Part shown: one piece after another, positions 17,933 through 27,579 of the stretch
How positions within the stretch are numbered: position 1 is the stretch's first letter
Layout: each line of letters opens with the position of its first letter
Assembly (NCBI GenBank): GCA_028692545.1
Contig: JAQUXC010000004.1
Location: 630-64,629 of the forward strand
DNA length: 64,000 nucleotides
Source: Patescibacteria group bacterium
GTDB taxonomy: Bacteria; Patescibacteriota; Patescibacteriia; UBA1558; S5-K13
Direction of reading: 5' to 3'
The notes under the pieces: model-generated
Seen by the model: the letters and a program-made list of their open reading frames with translations, nothing else
Told to the model about the DNA's origin: nothing
The model's database searches: none
Program-made: the position numbers and the translations under genes

Positions 17933-20449
17933 TTAAATATTATTGTTCATTTTTTTATAAAACATAAGTTTGACTGTTTCTGAACATATAAAATATATAA
18001 ACACTATCGCCAGTATAATAATCATGTGAGAAGTAGCTGGTTTTACAAAATGGAATGTATTTTGTCCAAAACTTGTATATGGAATCATAATTGTCAAAAT
18101 TATTGCTAATATTGTAAGAACACTCAAAGATGTAGATGGTTTTGAAGCTTTTATAAATAATGCTTTACTACGGACAGAAAATATTAGGATAAGTTCCGTA
18201 AGAATACTTCCAATGAACCAATTTGTTTGCAAAACTTCTGGAGATATACGATAAAACAAACCAAAAAATATAAAATCAAAAATAGTACTTACAATTCCCA
18301 AAACTATTGAAAAAAGAACTATTTCTTTTACTTCATATTTTTTAGGAAGCATTAATTCTTTTTTGTCTGCTGTATCTGTGTAAATAGATATCATAGGAGT
18401 GTCTGATAGTAAATTTATCAAAAGAATCTGTACTGGCAACATTGGTAAAAAATCTACAAGAAGAGATGTACTTGCAACTGCAAAAAAATTACCAAAATTA
18501 GATGCAAGTGTTGCTTTTATATATTTTGTAATATTTGCAAAAACAGTTCTACCTTCTTTTATTCCATCAAGTATTACTGTAAGATTTTTTTGTAATAATA
18601 TTATATCAGTCGATTCTCTTGCTATGTCAGATGCACTATTTACCACAATAGAAACTCCAGCAATCTTCAAAGCTGGTGCATCATTTATACCTTCACCCAA
18701 AAATCCTATCATTTTATCTTCTCGCAAAAGTTCTATTATCTTATATTTTTGTTCTGGTGAAACTCTTGCGAAAACAGAATATTCTTCAAGCGCGTCTAAT
18801 TTTCTGTCTCTTGTCATATTTTCCCAAGTAGAACCAAGTATTACTTTTTCTGGAGAATCTATTAGTCCTATTTGATGAGCTACTGCTCCAGCCACTTCAA
18901 TACTATCCCCTGTAATTATTTTTATTTTTACACCCAAACTGTTGGCTTTTTTTACAATTTCATAAGAACTATCTTTTATAGGATCTACAAATGATATTAC
19001 ACCCAAAAATTCAAAATCTTTTTCTTTTATCAAATCTATATTTTCTATTGATTTATTTTTTATTATTTTTCTTGCAATAGCTAGTGTACGATGTCCCTGT
19101 ATACCCTCCATAGAAATCCATTTTTCAATATTTAATCTTTCATCTTTTGATATTATACTTTTATCTAAAATTTCCTCTATTGCACCACGAGTTATAATTT
19201 CTATTTTAGAAGCACTTTTTACAAGAACTATATTTCTTTTTGTATTTGGATTAAATGGCTCTTCTTCTAATATTTTACTATTTTCTATAATCTTTTTTTG
19301 ATCTTTTTTTATTGCTTTCCATAATGCTATATCAAATGGTTCTAGTTTGCATTTTTCATCACATTCTCCAGCTAAATTAGCACAAATAAGTATTTCATCT
19401 CTAAAATCAGAATAAATATTTGCAACCTTTAATTCATTTTTTGTAAGTGTTCCTGTTTTATCAGAGCACAGTATTTCTATTCCGCCCAAATCCTGAATAG
19501 CTGACAATCTTTTTACTATGACATCATGTTTTGCAAGACTTCTTGCTCCTTTTGAAAGAGAAAATGTAGTAACAAGTGGAAGTGCTTCTGGTATTACACT
19601 TACAGTAAGTGCAATTGCAAAAATAATAAGTTCTATATAATCCAATTTACCTTTTTTTATAATTATATTTGCCAACAGAATTACAACAAGAGTTATAGCA
19701 ACTAATTTCAAAATAAAATTCGAAAAATGTGATATACCTTTTTCAAAATCACTAACTCTTTTTGTTTCAGTTGAAAGTTTTGCAATATTTCCAAAAACAG
19801 TTTCTTTTCCAACAGCTAAAACTACAGCAATCATCTTACCACTCAATACATCTGTTCCAGAAAATGCCAAATTATTTGCTTCATAATATGATTTTGCTTG
19901 TTCTTTTAATACTCCATCTATTTTTTTTACTGAGACTGACTCCCCAGTAAGTACAGATTCATTTATAGTTAAATTATTTTGTTCCAAAATACGCACATCA
20001 GCAGGTACTTTGTCTCCTGTTTTCAAAATTATAATATCCCCTATTACCAAATTTTTTGATGGAATTGAAATTATATTCTCATCTCTTAAAACTTTTGTTT
20101 TTGGCATTGTGTACTTATTCAAAAGTTGAACAGTTTTTTCAGATCTATACTCTTGATAAAAACCCAAAAAAGTATTCACAGCTAAAAAAATAAATATCAT
20201 TAATGTATCTAATCTTTGCCCAAGAATTATAGTTATTATTATTGCTGCAATTAACAAATAAACAAAAGCTGACTTAAATTGACGGATAAAAATTTTAAAT
20301 CCATTGAGCTTCAATGAATCTATTTCATTGTATCCATTTTTTAAAAGTTTTAAATTGACATCTTTTTCTGTAAGACCTTTTTTGATAGATGTTTTTAATT
20401 CATCTAAAATATCTTTTTTTTCTTTTATAGAATATTCAAATATGTTCAT
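17933..20449 (-). CDS. Cation-transporting P-type ATPase (P2/P3-type, Ca2+/Mg2+-like)
   Basis: CSDKTGTLT phosphorylation motif, TGDSIEVAGA, GEGINDAPALK, about 10 TM segments. Confidence 0.9.
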   Translation of the reverse strand: MNIFEYSIKEKKDILDELKTSIKKGLTEKDVNLKLLKNGYNEIDSLKLNGFKIFIRQFKSAFVYLLIAAIIITIILGQRLDTLMIFIFLAVNTFLGFYQEYRSEKTVQLLNKYTMPKTKVLRDENIISIPSKNLVIGDIIILKTGDKVPADVRILEQNNLTINESVLTGESVSVKKIDGVLKEQAKSYYEANNLAFSGTDVLSGKMIAVVLAVGKETVFGNIAKLSTETKRVSDFEKGISHFSNFILKLVAITLVVILLANIIIKKGKLDYIELIIFAIALTVSVIPEALPLVTTFSLSKGARSLAKHDVIVKRLSAIQDLGGIEILCSDKTGTLTKNELKVANIYSDFRDEILICANLAGECDEKCKLEPFDIALWKAIKKDQKKIIENSKILEEEPFNPNTKRNIVLVKSASKIEIITRGAIEEILDKSIISKDERLNIEKWISMEGIQGHRTLAIARKIIKNKSIENIDLIKEKDFEFLGVISFVDPIKDSSYEIVKKANSLGVKIKIITGDSIEVAGAVAHQIGLIDSPEKVILGSTWENMTRDRKLDALEEYSVFARVSPEQKYKIIELLREDKMIGFLGEGINDAPALKIAGVSIVVNSASDIARESTDIILLQKNLTVILDGIKEGRTVFANITKYIKATLASNFGNFFAVASTSLLVDFLPMLPVQILLINLLSDTPMISIYTDTADKKELMLPKKYEVKEIVLFSIVLGIVSTIFDFIFFGLFYRISPEVLQTNWFIGSILTELILIFSVRSKALFIKASKPSTSLSVLTILAIILTIMIPYTSFGQNTFHFVKPATSHMIIILAIVFIYFICSETVKLMFYKKMNNNI

Positions 20450-20632
20450 AAAAAAGTATCATAACAAGTTAAAATACAAATTAATTATATCATAAATAAA
20501 TTTACTTAAATGACAATGGTTCAAAAAAATAGGTCATGGAACCTATTTTAATGAAAATTTAGCAAAATATTTTTATATAATATATTATTTTTGAATTCTC
20601 TGTTTTTGTATTCTTTACTAAAGTACACTCCA

Positions 20633-20696
20633 AGATAATATGGTGATGTATTTATTATAAAAGCAGGTTGGGAATTCTAACCTGCTTTTAAATTTT
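20633..20696. repeat. Direct repeat of 17864-17926 (last ~9 codons of the methyltransferase plus terminator hairpin)
   Basis: agataatatgGtGatgtatttattataaaagcaggttgggaattctaacctgctttt differs from 17864-17920 at only 2 positions. The hairpin also works as the terminator for gene 20708-21556. Confidence 0.6.
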
Positions 20697-20707
20697 ATAA
20701 AAACAAA

Positions 20708-21556
20708 TTAAGTTAATAATTTTTTTAAAAATTCATCATCAAATGTTATATGGATACTTTTTTCTTCTAGATTATCAGGGCGCTTTTCGCGAACAATTTT
20801 TAATGAAATTCCTTCTATATCTGTTGGGAGTTTAACAGTATAATTCAAAGGATCTATTTTGTCCTTAGATAAATTCTCATAAATATTTGGAATATCAATA
20901 AATTCCTGATCATCTTCTAATGCCCCCATAGATTTACAAAATTCCGTTGATCCATTTTTTGAAAAACTATAATTAATAGCTTCCATTCCATTATCTTCAA
21001 TTATTTTTTTATTTTCTTCTATTTGAGAATAATTTTTAAACCAGCCACCGGCTTGAGTACCAGATGTACCATAAACCCAACCTCCATCTTGATCAATTTG
21101 ATGCGTAACTGGAATGCCTTTAGCAAATTTTACAAAATGTCTCTCATATTGATTATTAAAATTTTGTAAAAAAATCTCTACTGATAATCTTTTATTAGTA
21201 CGGTCTTCATACTCTTCCTTGTATTTTTTAAAAGCTTCGATATAGCGCTCTATTCTTCTTTGTATTTTTGAAACTATTTCATAATCTTGCTCTAATCCCA
21301 TTTCTTTCATATTTTGGACAATTTCATTTAAACGATTAATTAATCTTTCAACTGGATTTTTTTCTTTTTCAATATCATATTCTTGCATTGTTTTTTCTGC
21401 TTGCTTTTCAGCAATTTTGATCAAAGATTCCTCTTCTTCATGGGTAATATCTATACCTTTAGATAAATCCCTTATATTATTTTCTTTATTAGCACCAATC
21501 ATAGCCTTTTCCTCTGAATCAATATAAGAATCTGGTTGAAATGATTCATTTTCCAT
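20708..21556 (-). CDS. Hypothetical protein
   Basis: ORF only; coiled-coil-like N-terminal half. Confidence 0.5.
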   Translation of the reverse strand: MENESFQPDSYIDSEEKAMIGANKENNIRDLSKGIDITHEEEESLIKIAEKQAEKTMQEYDIEKEKNPVERLINRLNEIVQNMKEMGLEQDYEIVSKIQRRIERYIEAFKKYKEEYEDRTNKRLSVEIFLQNFNNQYERHFVKFAKGIPVTHQIDQDGGWVYGTSGTQAGGWFKNYSQIEENKKIIEDNGMEAINYSFSKNGSTEFCKSMGALEDDQEFIDIPNIYENLSKDKIDPLNYTVKLPTDIEGISLKIVREKRPDNLEEKSIHITFDDEFLKKLLT

Positions 21557-21757
21557 ATTTTTCTTGTCCCGTTGAATAACGGGAATTATTAGTTGATTAA
21601 ATATAAAAACCTATATATATTTTCTCACATTATAGATAAAAGATCAAAACAATATCTTAATAAAAAATACTTTAATGCTTTAATCAATCCTGGTAAGTTG
21701 ATTACTCGAAACATATACTAGTTTAGCTCCGGGGGCATAACTTTCACCCCACCAATT

Positions 21758-21831
21758 GGCTGTCGGGGCAGGACTCGAACCTACAACATCTACGTTAACA
21801 GCGTAGCGTTCTACCATTGAACTACCCGACA
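21758..21831 (-). tRNA. tRNA-Asn (anticodon GTT), CCA encoded
   Basis: Reverse complement TGTCGGGTAGTTCAATGGTAGAAC...CTACG-CTGTTAA-CGTAG...GGTTCGAGTCCTGCCCCGACAGCCA folds as a cloverleaf with a 7-bp acceptor stem. The 21680-21886 ORF overlapping it is spurious. Confidence 0.85.
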
Positions 21832-22017
21832 ATAAAATAAAAATCAGCTTTGCGAGCTGATATTGTAAAACAAAAATAGCTCGCAACTTATCCGAGATTG
21901 TTATTATTATTTAGTTTTGCTATTTTTATTATCATATAAATATAATAACACAAAAATAAATAAATGCAATACACATATTTACTATTATATATTTATATAT
22001 TATAATTATTTTTATCC

Positions 22018-22079
22018 TTCGGGGATCGTCTAATGCTCGCCCGCATCGCTACGCGAAGCGTTGCGAGCGGGGTAGGACA
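22018..22079 (+). pseudogene. Truncated duplicate of the tRNA-Gln 5' part (acceptor/D-arm, about 26 nt) split by a 35-nt GC-rich palindromic insert
   Basis: ttcggggatcgtctaatg[ctcgcccgcatcgctacgcgaagcgttgcgagcgg]ggtaggaca matches 22343-22368 of the intact tRNA on both sides of the insert. Confidence 0.55.
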
Positions 22080-22084
22080 AAATT

Positions 22085-22333
22085 ATGTATTATACATATG
22101 TTTTAAAAAGTAAAAAAGATGATAAACTATATATTGGTTATACTAAAGATTTAGATAATAGATTCAAAGAGCATAATAATGGATTAGTTTTTTCAACTAG
22201 GAATAGAAAGCCATTTGAAATAATATATTTTGAAGCATGTTTAGTTAAAAAAGATGCTATAAAAAGAGAAAAGCAATTAAAAACTGGTTTTGGAAGAACT
22301 TACTTAAATAGAAGGTTGAGTAATTTAAAATAA
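22085..22333 (+). CDS. GIY-YIG domain nuclease (about 82 aa, stand-alone)
   Basis: YTYVLKS...DKLYIGYTKDLDNRFKEHNNG...FEIIYFE...REKQLK. Confidence 0.8.
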   Translation: MYYTYVLKSKKDDKLYIGYTKDLDNRFKEHNNGLVFSTRNRKPFEIIYFEACLVKKDAIKREKQLKTGFGRTYLNRRLSNLK

Positions 22334-22342
22334 AATACCATT

Positions 22343-22416
22343 CGGGGATCGTCTAATGGTAGGACAGCGGGTTCTGGTCCCGTCAATCTGGGTTCGATTC
22401 CTAGTCCCCGAGCCAT
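22343..22416 (+). tRNA. tRNA-Gln (anticodon CTG)
   Basis: TCGGGGATCGTCTAATGGTAGGACAGCGGGTTCTGGTCCCGTCAATCTGGGTTCGATTCCTAGTCCCCGAGCCA. Anticodon stem GCGGG/CCCGT, loop TTCTGGT, T-loop GTTCGATTC. Confidence 0.85.
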
Positions 22417-22494
22417 CGAGAAAGCATTGATATAATCAGTGTTTTTTTGTTTATGATGGTATTAATAAAGAAATCTTTTTTGTTTAATTTAAAA

Positions 22495-24291
22495 TTAGAT
22501 ATTTCTTTTTCTACTATGTCTAACTCTTTCAATTTCAGTTAGATGTTTTTTTCTAAGTCTTATATTTTTTGGAGTAATTTCTAAATATTCATCAGAATTC
22601 ATAATACTCATTCCACTTTCAAGAGTAATTTCTATTGGGGTTACAAGTTTTATTGCATCATCAGCATTTGAAGATCTCATGTTTGTAAGTGCTTTTCCTT
22701 TTATTGGGTTTACTACCATATCCATTCCTTTTGCAGTATTTCCTACAATCATTCCTTCATATACTTCTATATTTGCTTTTATATAAAGTGCTCCCCTTTC
22801 TTGTAAATTGAAAAGTGAAAAACCAAGTGCTTTTCCTGTTGCCATAGAAACCATTGAACCAAGTTTTGTTTTTTCTATTTTTCCAGCATATTTTTTGAAT
22901 CCTATTACACGAGAATACAATATTCCTTCACCTCTTGTATCAACAATAAATTCATTTTTATACCCCAAAAGTCCACGAGTTGGAATTTCAAAAACTATTC
23001 TTGTATGTCCGTGCTCTGGTTTCATTTCTGTCATTACACCACAACGCATTGAAAGTTTTTGAATTATAGTTCCAGACATTTCTTGTGGAACATTTATAGT
23101 TACCTCTTCAAATGGTTCTAATTTTATTCCATCTTGCTCTTTTATAATTACATGTGGTTGAGAAATTTGGAGTTCATATCCTTCTCTTCTTAAATTTTCC
23201 AATAAAATTGCAATATGCATCTCACCTCTACCATAAACTTTGTAAAATTCTTTTGAGGTAAAATCAATTTTGAGTCCTACATTTACTTCCAATTCTTTTT
23301 CTAATCTTTCTTTTAATTGTCTGCTTGTTACAAATTTTCCATCACGACCGGCAAATGGAGAATTATTTACAAGAAAATTCAAACATATTGTTGGTTCATC
23401 TATATTTATATTTGGAAGTGCTTCTTGATTTTCATTTTCATAAATTGTTTCTCCAATATATATATCAGGAAGTCCTGCTATCATTACAATATCACCAGAG
23501 ACAGCAGTTTCCACTTCTTTTCTATTCAAACCCTCAAAAGTAAACAATTTTCCAATTTTCCCTTTTCTAACATTTCCATGGACATCTTTTATAAAAACAT
23601 TTTGTCCTTGACTTATTGTTCCTTCATAAACTCTAGTAACCGCAAGTCTTCCCAAAAAATTATCATAAGCCAAATTAAATGGTTGAACCAAAAGTGGCAT
23701 ATTATCTAATTCTTCGCTCGATGCAACAGGAACTTTTTCCAAAATTATATCAAGAAGTGGTGCAAAATCTTTTGCATCATCATGCATTTTGTGTTTTGCA
23801 ACTCCATCACGTGCAATTGCATATATTGTGGTAAAATCTAATTGTTCATCGCTTGCCCCAAGGTCTAGAAATAATTCAAAAATCATTTCCTTTACTTCGT
23901 CAGGATTTGCAGCTGGTTTATCAATTTTATTTATTACAACAATTGGTTTGAGTCCCAAATTCAAAGATTTTTTCAAAACAAATTTTGTCTGAGGCATTGG
24001 CCCTTCTTGCGCATCAACAACCAAAACTACAGAGTCAATAGATCGCAAAACTCGCTCAACTTCAGATCCAAAGTCAACGTGTCCAGGAGTGTCTACAATA
24101 TTTATCTTTGTATCTTTGTAATAGATAGAAGTATTTTTTGAGTAAATTGTAATTCCTCTTTCTTTTTCTAAGTCATTGCTGTCCATACTTACATCACTAT
24201 TACTCATTCCAGTCTGACGCATCAGCATGTCTGTAATAGTTGTTTTTCCATGGTCAACATGAGCAATAATTGCTATATTTCTTATTTCCAT
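22495..24291 (-). CDS. typA: Translational GTPase TypA/BipA
   Basis: [25 protein letters not shown]-motifs; 598 aa. Confidence 0.95.
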   Translation of the reverse strand: MEIRNIAIIAHVDHGKTTITDMLMRQTGMSNSDVSMDSNDLEKERGITIYSKNTSIYYKDTKINIVDTPGHVDFGSEVERVLRSIDSVVLVVDAQEGPMPQTKFVLKKSLNLGLKPIVVINKIDKPAANPDEVKEMIFELFLDLGASDEQLDFTTIYAIARDGVAKHKMHDDAKDFAPLLDIILEKVPVASSEELDNMPLLVQPFNLAYDNFLGRLAVTRVYEGTISQGQNVFIKDVHGNVRKGKIGKLFTFEGLNRKEVETAVSGDIVMIAGLPDIYIGETIYENENQEALPNINIDEPTICLNFLVNNSPFAGRDGKFVTSRQLKERLEKELEVNVGLKIDFTSKEFYKVYGRGEMHIAILLENLRREGYELQISQPHVIIKEQDGIKLEPFEEVTINVPQEMSGTIIQKLSMRCGVMTEMKPEHGHTRIVFEIPTRGLLGYKNEFIVDTRGEGILYSRVIGFKKYAGKIEKTKLGSMVSMATGKALGFSLFNLQERGALYIKANIEVYEGMIVGNTAKGMDMVVNPIKGKALTNMRSSNADDAIKLVTPIEITLESGMSIMNSDEYLEITPKNIRLRKKHLTEIERVRHSRKRNI

Positions 24292-24500
24292 ATATTAGTA
24301 AAATATATAATATTAAAAGTGCTTTAAAGAATATAATAATTTTTTTGTATTGTCAATGTTAATAGATGATAATTTATATTATGCAAATACCCACTCCGGG
24401 GGGTGACGTAATCCCAGAGTGGTATTTTTAAAAGTCTTATTTTTTAAATTCATATCTTGATTATTTCCTAAATAATGCTACCATAAATATATTCAAAAAT

Positions 24501-24563
24501 ATGACATTAAACAAATTTCAGAATACAAATAAATCTTGGTGGACTACCTATAATATTGGGTAG
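24501..24563 (+). CDS. Putative trp leader peptide MTLNKFQNTNKSWWTTYNIG (20 aa) with tandem Trp codons
   Basis: ATG at 24501, TGG TGG at 24537-24542, TAG at 24561-24563. The stop codon sits inside segment 2 of the alternative hairpins. No strong Shine-Dalgarno. Confidence 0.5.
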   Translation: MTLNKFQNTNKSWWTTYNIG

Positions 24564-24581
24564 AGATATTTTGTTTTAAAA

Positions 24582-24618
24582 TTTTTAGAAAACTACTCAA
24601 TATTGTTTCAATTGGGTA
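24582..24618 (+). terminator. Attenuator terminator upstream of trpB
   Basis: aaactactcaat-attgtttca-attgggtagttt (12-bp stem with one G-U) followed by T7. The upstream segment attgggtag (24555-24563) is identical to the 3' arm, so it can pair with the 5' arm as an antiterminator. Confidence 0.6.
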
Positions 24619-24732
24619 GTTTTTTTATTTATCAAAAATTATTATGCATTACTATTTTTATAACAAATCAACTCAACCTTGGCGATAAATATGTCTAGTG
24701 TTATTTATTAATTATTTAAACTTAAAAATTAT

Positions 24733-25953
24733 ATGAAAAATTCATTAAAAATGTCCCCTGATCGATTTGGCTACTTTGGAAAATATGGCGGACAAATTAT
24801 TCCTGACATTTTAAAACCAATATTTGATAATATTGCAGTAGCTTACAGAAATGCTCAGCATGATTCTAATTTTCAAAAAGAATATCAAAACCTACTAAAA
24901 AACTATGTAGGGCGACCATCACCACTATATTATGCTAAAAATCTATCAGAAAAATTTGGTGGTGCAAAAATATATCTAAAACGTGAAGATTTAAATCACA
25001 CAGGAGCACACAAAATAAATCACACTCTTGGTGAAGCATTACTTGCTAAAAAAATGGGAAAGACAACATTATTAGCAGAAACAGGAGCTGGTCAACATGG
25101 TGTAGCACTGGCTACAGCAGCAGCGCTTGTTGGAATAAAATGTGAAATTCATATGGGTGAAATAGATGTTTTAAAACAACATCCAAATGTTATTCGCATG
25201 CAATTATTAGGTGCAAAAGTTGTCACAGTAAAATCTGGTGGAAGGTGTCTAAAAGATGCAGTTGATAGTGCTTTTGATGCTTTTGTAAAAGATTCAAAGA
25301 ATATTTTCTTTGGCATTGGCTCAATTGTAGGCCCACATCCATTTCCTATGATAGTCAGAAATTTTCAATCAATAATTGGAAAAGAAACAAAGGGTCAAAT
25401 TTTAGAACAAGAAAAGAGATTGCCAGATTATCTAATAGCCTGTGTTGGAGGTGGTTCAAATGCAATTGGATTGTTTCACGAATTTTTAGATGATACAAAT
25501 GTAAAAATGATAGGAGTTGAACCTAGTGGACGAAGTTTCAAACCAGGAGATAATGCAGCCACACTAACATTAGGAAGACCAGGAAATATTCATGGTATGT
25601 TTACTTATTTACTACAAGATGATAACGGAGAACCATTGCCAGTCCATTCCATTGCTTCAGGATTAGATTATCCAGGGGTTGGACCAATTCACTCTGACTT
25701 GAAAGATAAAGGAAGAGTAATCTATAAAACTATAAATGACATAGAAGCACTTGATGCATTTCAAATTTTAACTAAATCTGAAGGTATAATTCCTGCATTA
25801 GAAAGTTCTCATGCACTAGCACATGCTATAAAAATAGCCCCTAGATTAAATAAAAATGAAATTATTATTGTCAATTTGTCTGGTAGGGGCGATAAAGATA
25901 TTGATTATGTGGCAGATAGATTAGAACTTTCAAAGAATAATTCACAATATTAA
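24733..25953 (+). CDS. trpB: Tryptophan synthase beta chain
   Basis: PLP-lysine region [40 protein letters not shown]. No trpA or other trp genes in the window. Confidence 0.9.
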   Translation: MKNSLKMSPDRFGYFGKYGGQIIPDILKPIFDNIAVAYRNAQHDSNFQKEYQNLLKNYVGRPSPLYYAKNLSEKFGGAKIYLKREDLNHTGAHKINHTLGEALLAKKMGKTTLLAETGAGQHGVALATAAALVGIKCEIHMGEIDVLKQHPNVIRMQLLGAKVVTVKSGGRCLKDAVDSAFDAFVKDSKNIFFGIGSIVGPHPFPMIVRNFQSIIGKETKGQILEQEKRLPDYLIACVGGGSNAIGLFHEFLDDTNVKMIGVEPSGRSFKPGDNAATLTLGRPGNIHGMFTYLLQDDNGEPLPVHSIASGLDYPGVGPIHSDLKDKGRVIYKTINDIEALDAFQILTKSEGIIPALESSHALAHAIKIAPRLNKNEIIIVNLSGRGDKDIDYVADRLELSKNNSQY

Positions 25954-26102
25954 ATTTCCTATATCCCCTACTCCTCCACTACCCCTTGCAATTATTAATT
26001 ATTTGTGTTATCATATTTGAATTAAAGATTGTTCTATAGATTTTCCAAGAAATAATATAAATTTCGAAGCTCTATACAGCAATTCGGAATTTATTAATTA
26101 TT

Positions 26103-27512
26103 TTGCATCAAAATATGATTTTTGGTGCATTTGGAAAACATTTTATGCAAAAAAACACATCAGGGAGAGCGTTTTCTCCGTCATTTACTTCTACAAGTAA
26201 AAAAAGGAAAATGAACTACAAATCATTTAATTCAAATGGTTTTTCTAAACGTGAGGAAAGCCCTAAAAAATCAAGCGAAAGTACTCCAAAACCATTTAGT
26301 TCTGGTAATTCTTTTGCAAATAGAAATACTCAACACTCCTCTTTTGGCGGACAAAGAAGAACTTTTGGAAACCGTGCAAAAGGCAAAAGACGTGGAGAAA
26401 ATATTGACATTATGAAATTTGTTCAAAAATCTGTTGTATCTTCTGAAATAAAAATAGTGGAAATAAAACATTCCTTTTCTGATTTCAAATTTTGTAAAGA
26501 CATAGAAAATAATTTGAAAAGAAAAAATTATATTACTCCAACCCCTATTCAAGATCAAACAATAGAACTTATTATAAATGGATCTGATATTGTAGGACTT
26601 GCAAATACTGGTACAGGAAAAACTGGGGCATTTTTGCTTCCACTTATAGACAAAGTTTTTCAAAACAGAAATGAAAAAGTTTTGATAATTGCTCCTACAA
26701 GAGAATTAGCTGTTCAGATTGAAAATGAATTTAGAGAATTTTCAAATGGTATGAGAATATTTTCTGCAATTTGTGTTGGTGGAGCTCCGCTATACAAACA
26801 AATTGAAAGTTTGAAAAGAAATCCAAACTTCGTAATTGGAACCCCAGGAAGAATAAAAGATCTTAGCAAAAGAAATTTGATAAAATTTGAAACATTTACA
26901 AATGTTGTCCTTGACGAAGTCGACCGTATGCTTGATATGGGTTTTGTAGATGAAATAAAAGAAATATTAAATACTTTACCAGAAAAAAGACAATCTTTAT
27001 TTTTCTCAGCTACAATTCCTACAAAAATAAAAGAGCTTATAAACACTTTTATGAAAAATCCTATAACCATTGAAACTACAACTGGCGAAACAGCCTCAAA
27101 TGTTGAGCAAGACATTGTAAGATCTAGTCGCGATAAAGGTTTGAAATTTGAAAAACTTCAAGAAATATTAAAACAAGATGAATTTGTAAAAGTTTTGATA
27201 TTTATTGAAACAAAAATAGAAGTTGAAAGATTGACTCAAAATTTGATTTCAAAAGGATTTCGTGCTGATTCAATTCATGGAGATAAAAGACAAGGTCAAA
27301 GACAACGTGCTCTTACGCAATTCAAAAATAGTTATGTTGATGTTTTGGTTGCAACTGATGTTGCAGCTCGTGGTCTTGATATAAAAGATATTTCTCACGT
27401 TATAAATTACACAATTCCACAAACCTACAATGATTATATTCATAGAATTGGAAGAACTGGCCGTGGCACAAGTAAAGGCAAAGCTCTTACATTTGTAGAA
27501 TCTGTAATGTAA
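26103..27512 (+). CDS. DEAD-box ATP-dependent RNA helicase; true start probably the internal Met near 26208, preceded by AAGGA
   Basis: Q motif TPTPIQ, motif I ANTGTGKT, Ia PTRELA, II as VLDEVD, III SAT, VI HRIGRTGR. Confidence 0.9.
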   Translation: MHQNMIFGAFGKHFMQKNTSGRAFSPSFTSTSKKRKMNYKSFNSNGFSKREESPKKSSESTPKPFSSGNSFANRNTQHSSFGGQRRTFGNRAKGKRRGENIDIMKFVQKSVVSSEIKIVEIKHSFSDFKFCKDIENNLKRKNYITPTPIQDQTIELIINGSDIVGLANTGTGKTGAFLLPLIDKVFQNRNEKVLIIAPTRELAVQIENEFREFSNGMRIFSAICVGGAPLYKQIESLKRNPNFVIGTPGRIKDLSKRNLIKFETFTNVVLDEVDRMLDMGFVDEIKEILNTLPEKRQSLFFSATIPTKIKELINTFMKNPITIETTTGETASNVEQDIVRSSRDKGLKFEKLQEILKQDEFVKVLIFIETKIEVERLTQNLISKGFRADSIHGDKRQGQRQRALTQFKNSYVDVLVATDVAARGLDIKDISHVINYTIPQTYNDYIHRIGRTGRGTSKGKALTFVESVM

Positions 27513-27534
27513 ACTAAGAAATTTATAGATTTAT

Positions 27535-27566
27535 AAAAGCTCTGACTAAAATCAGGGCTTTTATAT
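27535..27566 (+). terminator. Intrinsic terminator after the helicase
   Basis: aaagctctga-ctaaaa-tcagggcttt followed by ttttatatat. Confidence 0.55.
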
Positions 27567-27579
27567 ATATGATAATATT

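Noticed and set aside
21680-21886. 68-aa ORF on the minus strand
   Set aside because: Entirely overlaps tRNA-Asn (21758-21831) and its flanking hairpin; the protein sequence (…VERYAVNVDVVGSSPAP…) is a translated tRNA gene.
24389-24423. GC-rich hairpin (ccactc...gagtgg with internal G/C runs) in the typA 5' region
   Set aside because: Possibly another GC mini-element or a 5'-UTR structure, but I could not define clean arms or a clear relation to the other families.
24432-24732. T-box riboswitch upstream of trpB
   Set aside because: No convincing T-box consensus (AATTAGGGTGGNACCGCG-like) or specifier-loop architecture; the leader-peptide attenuator model explains the hairpins better.
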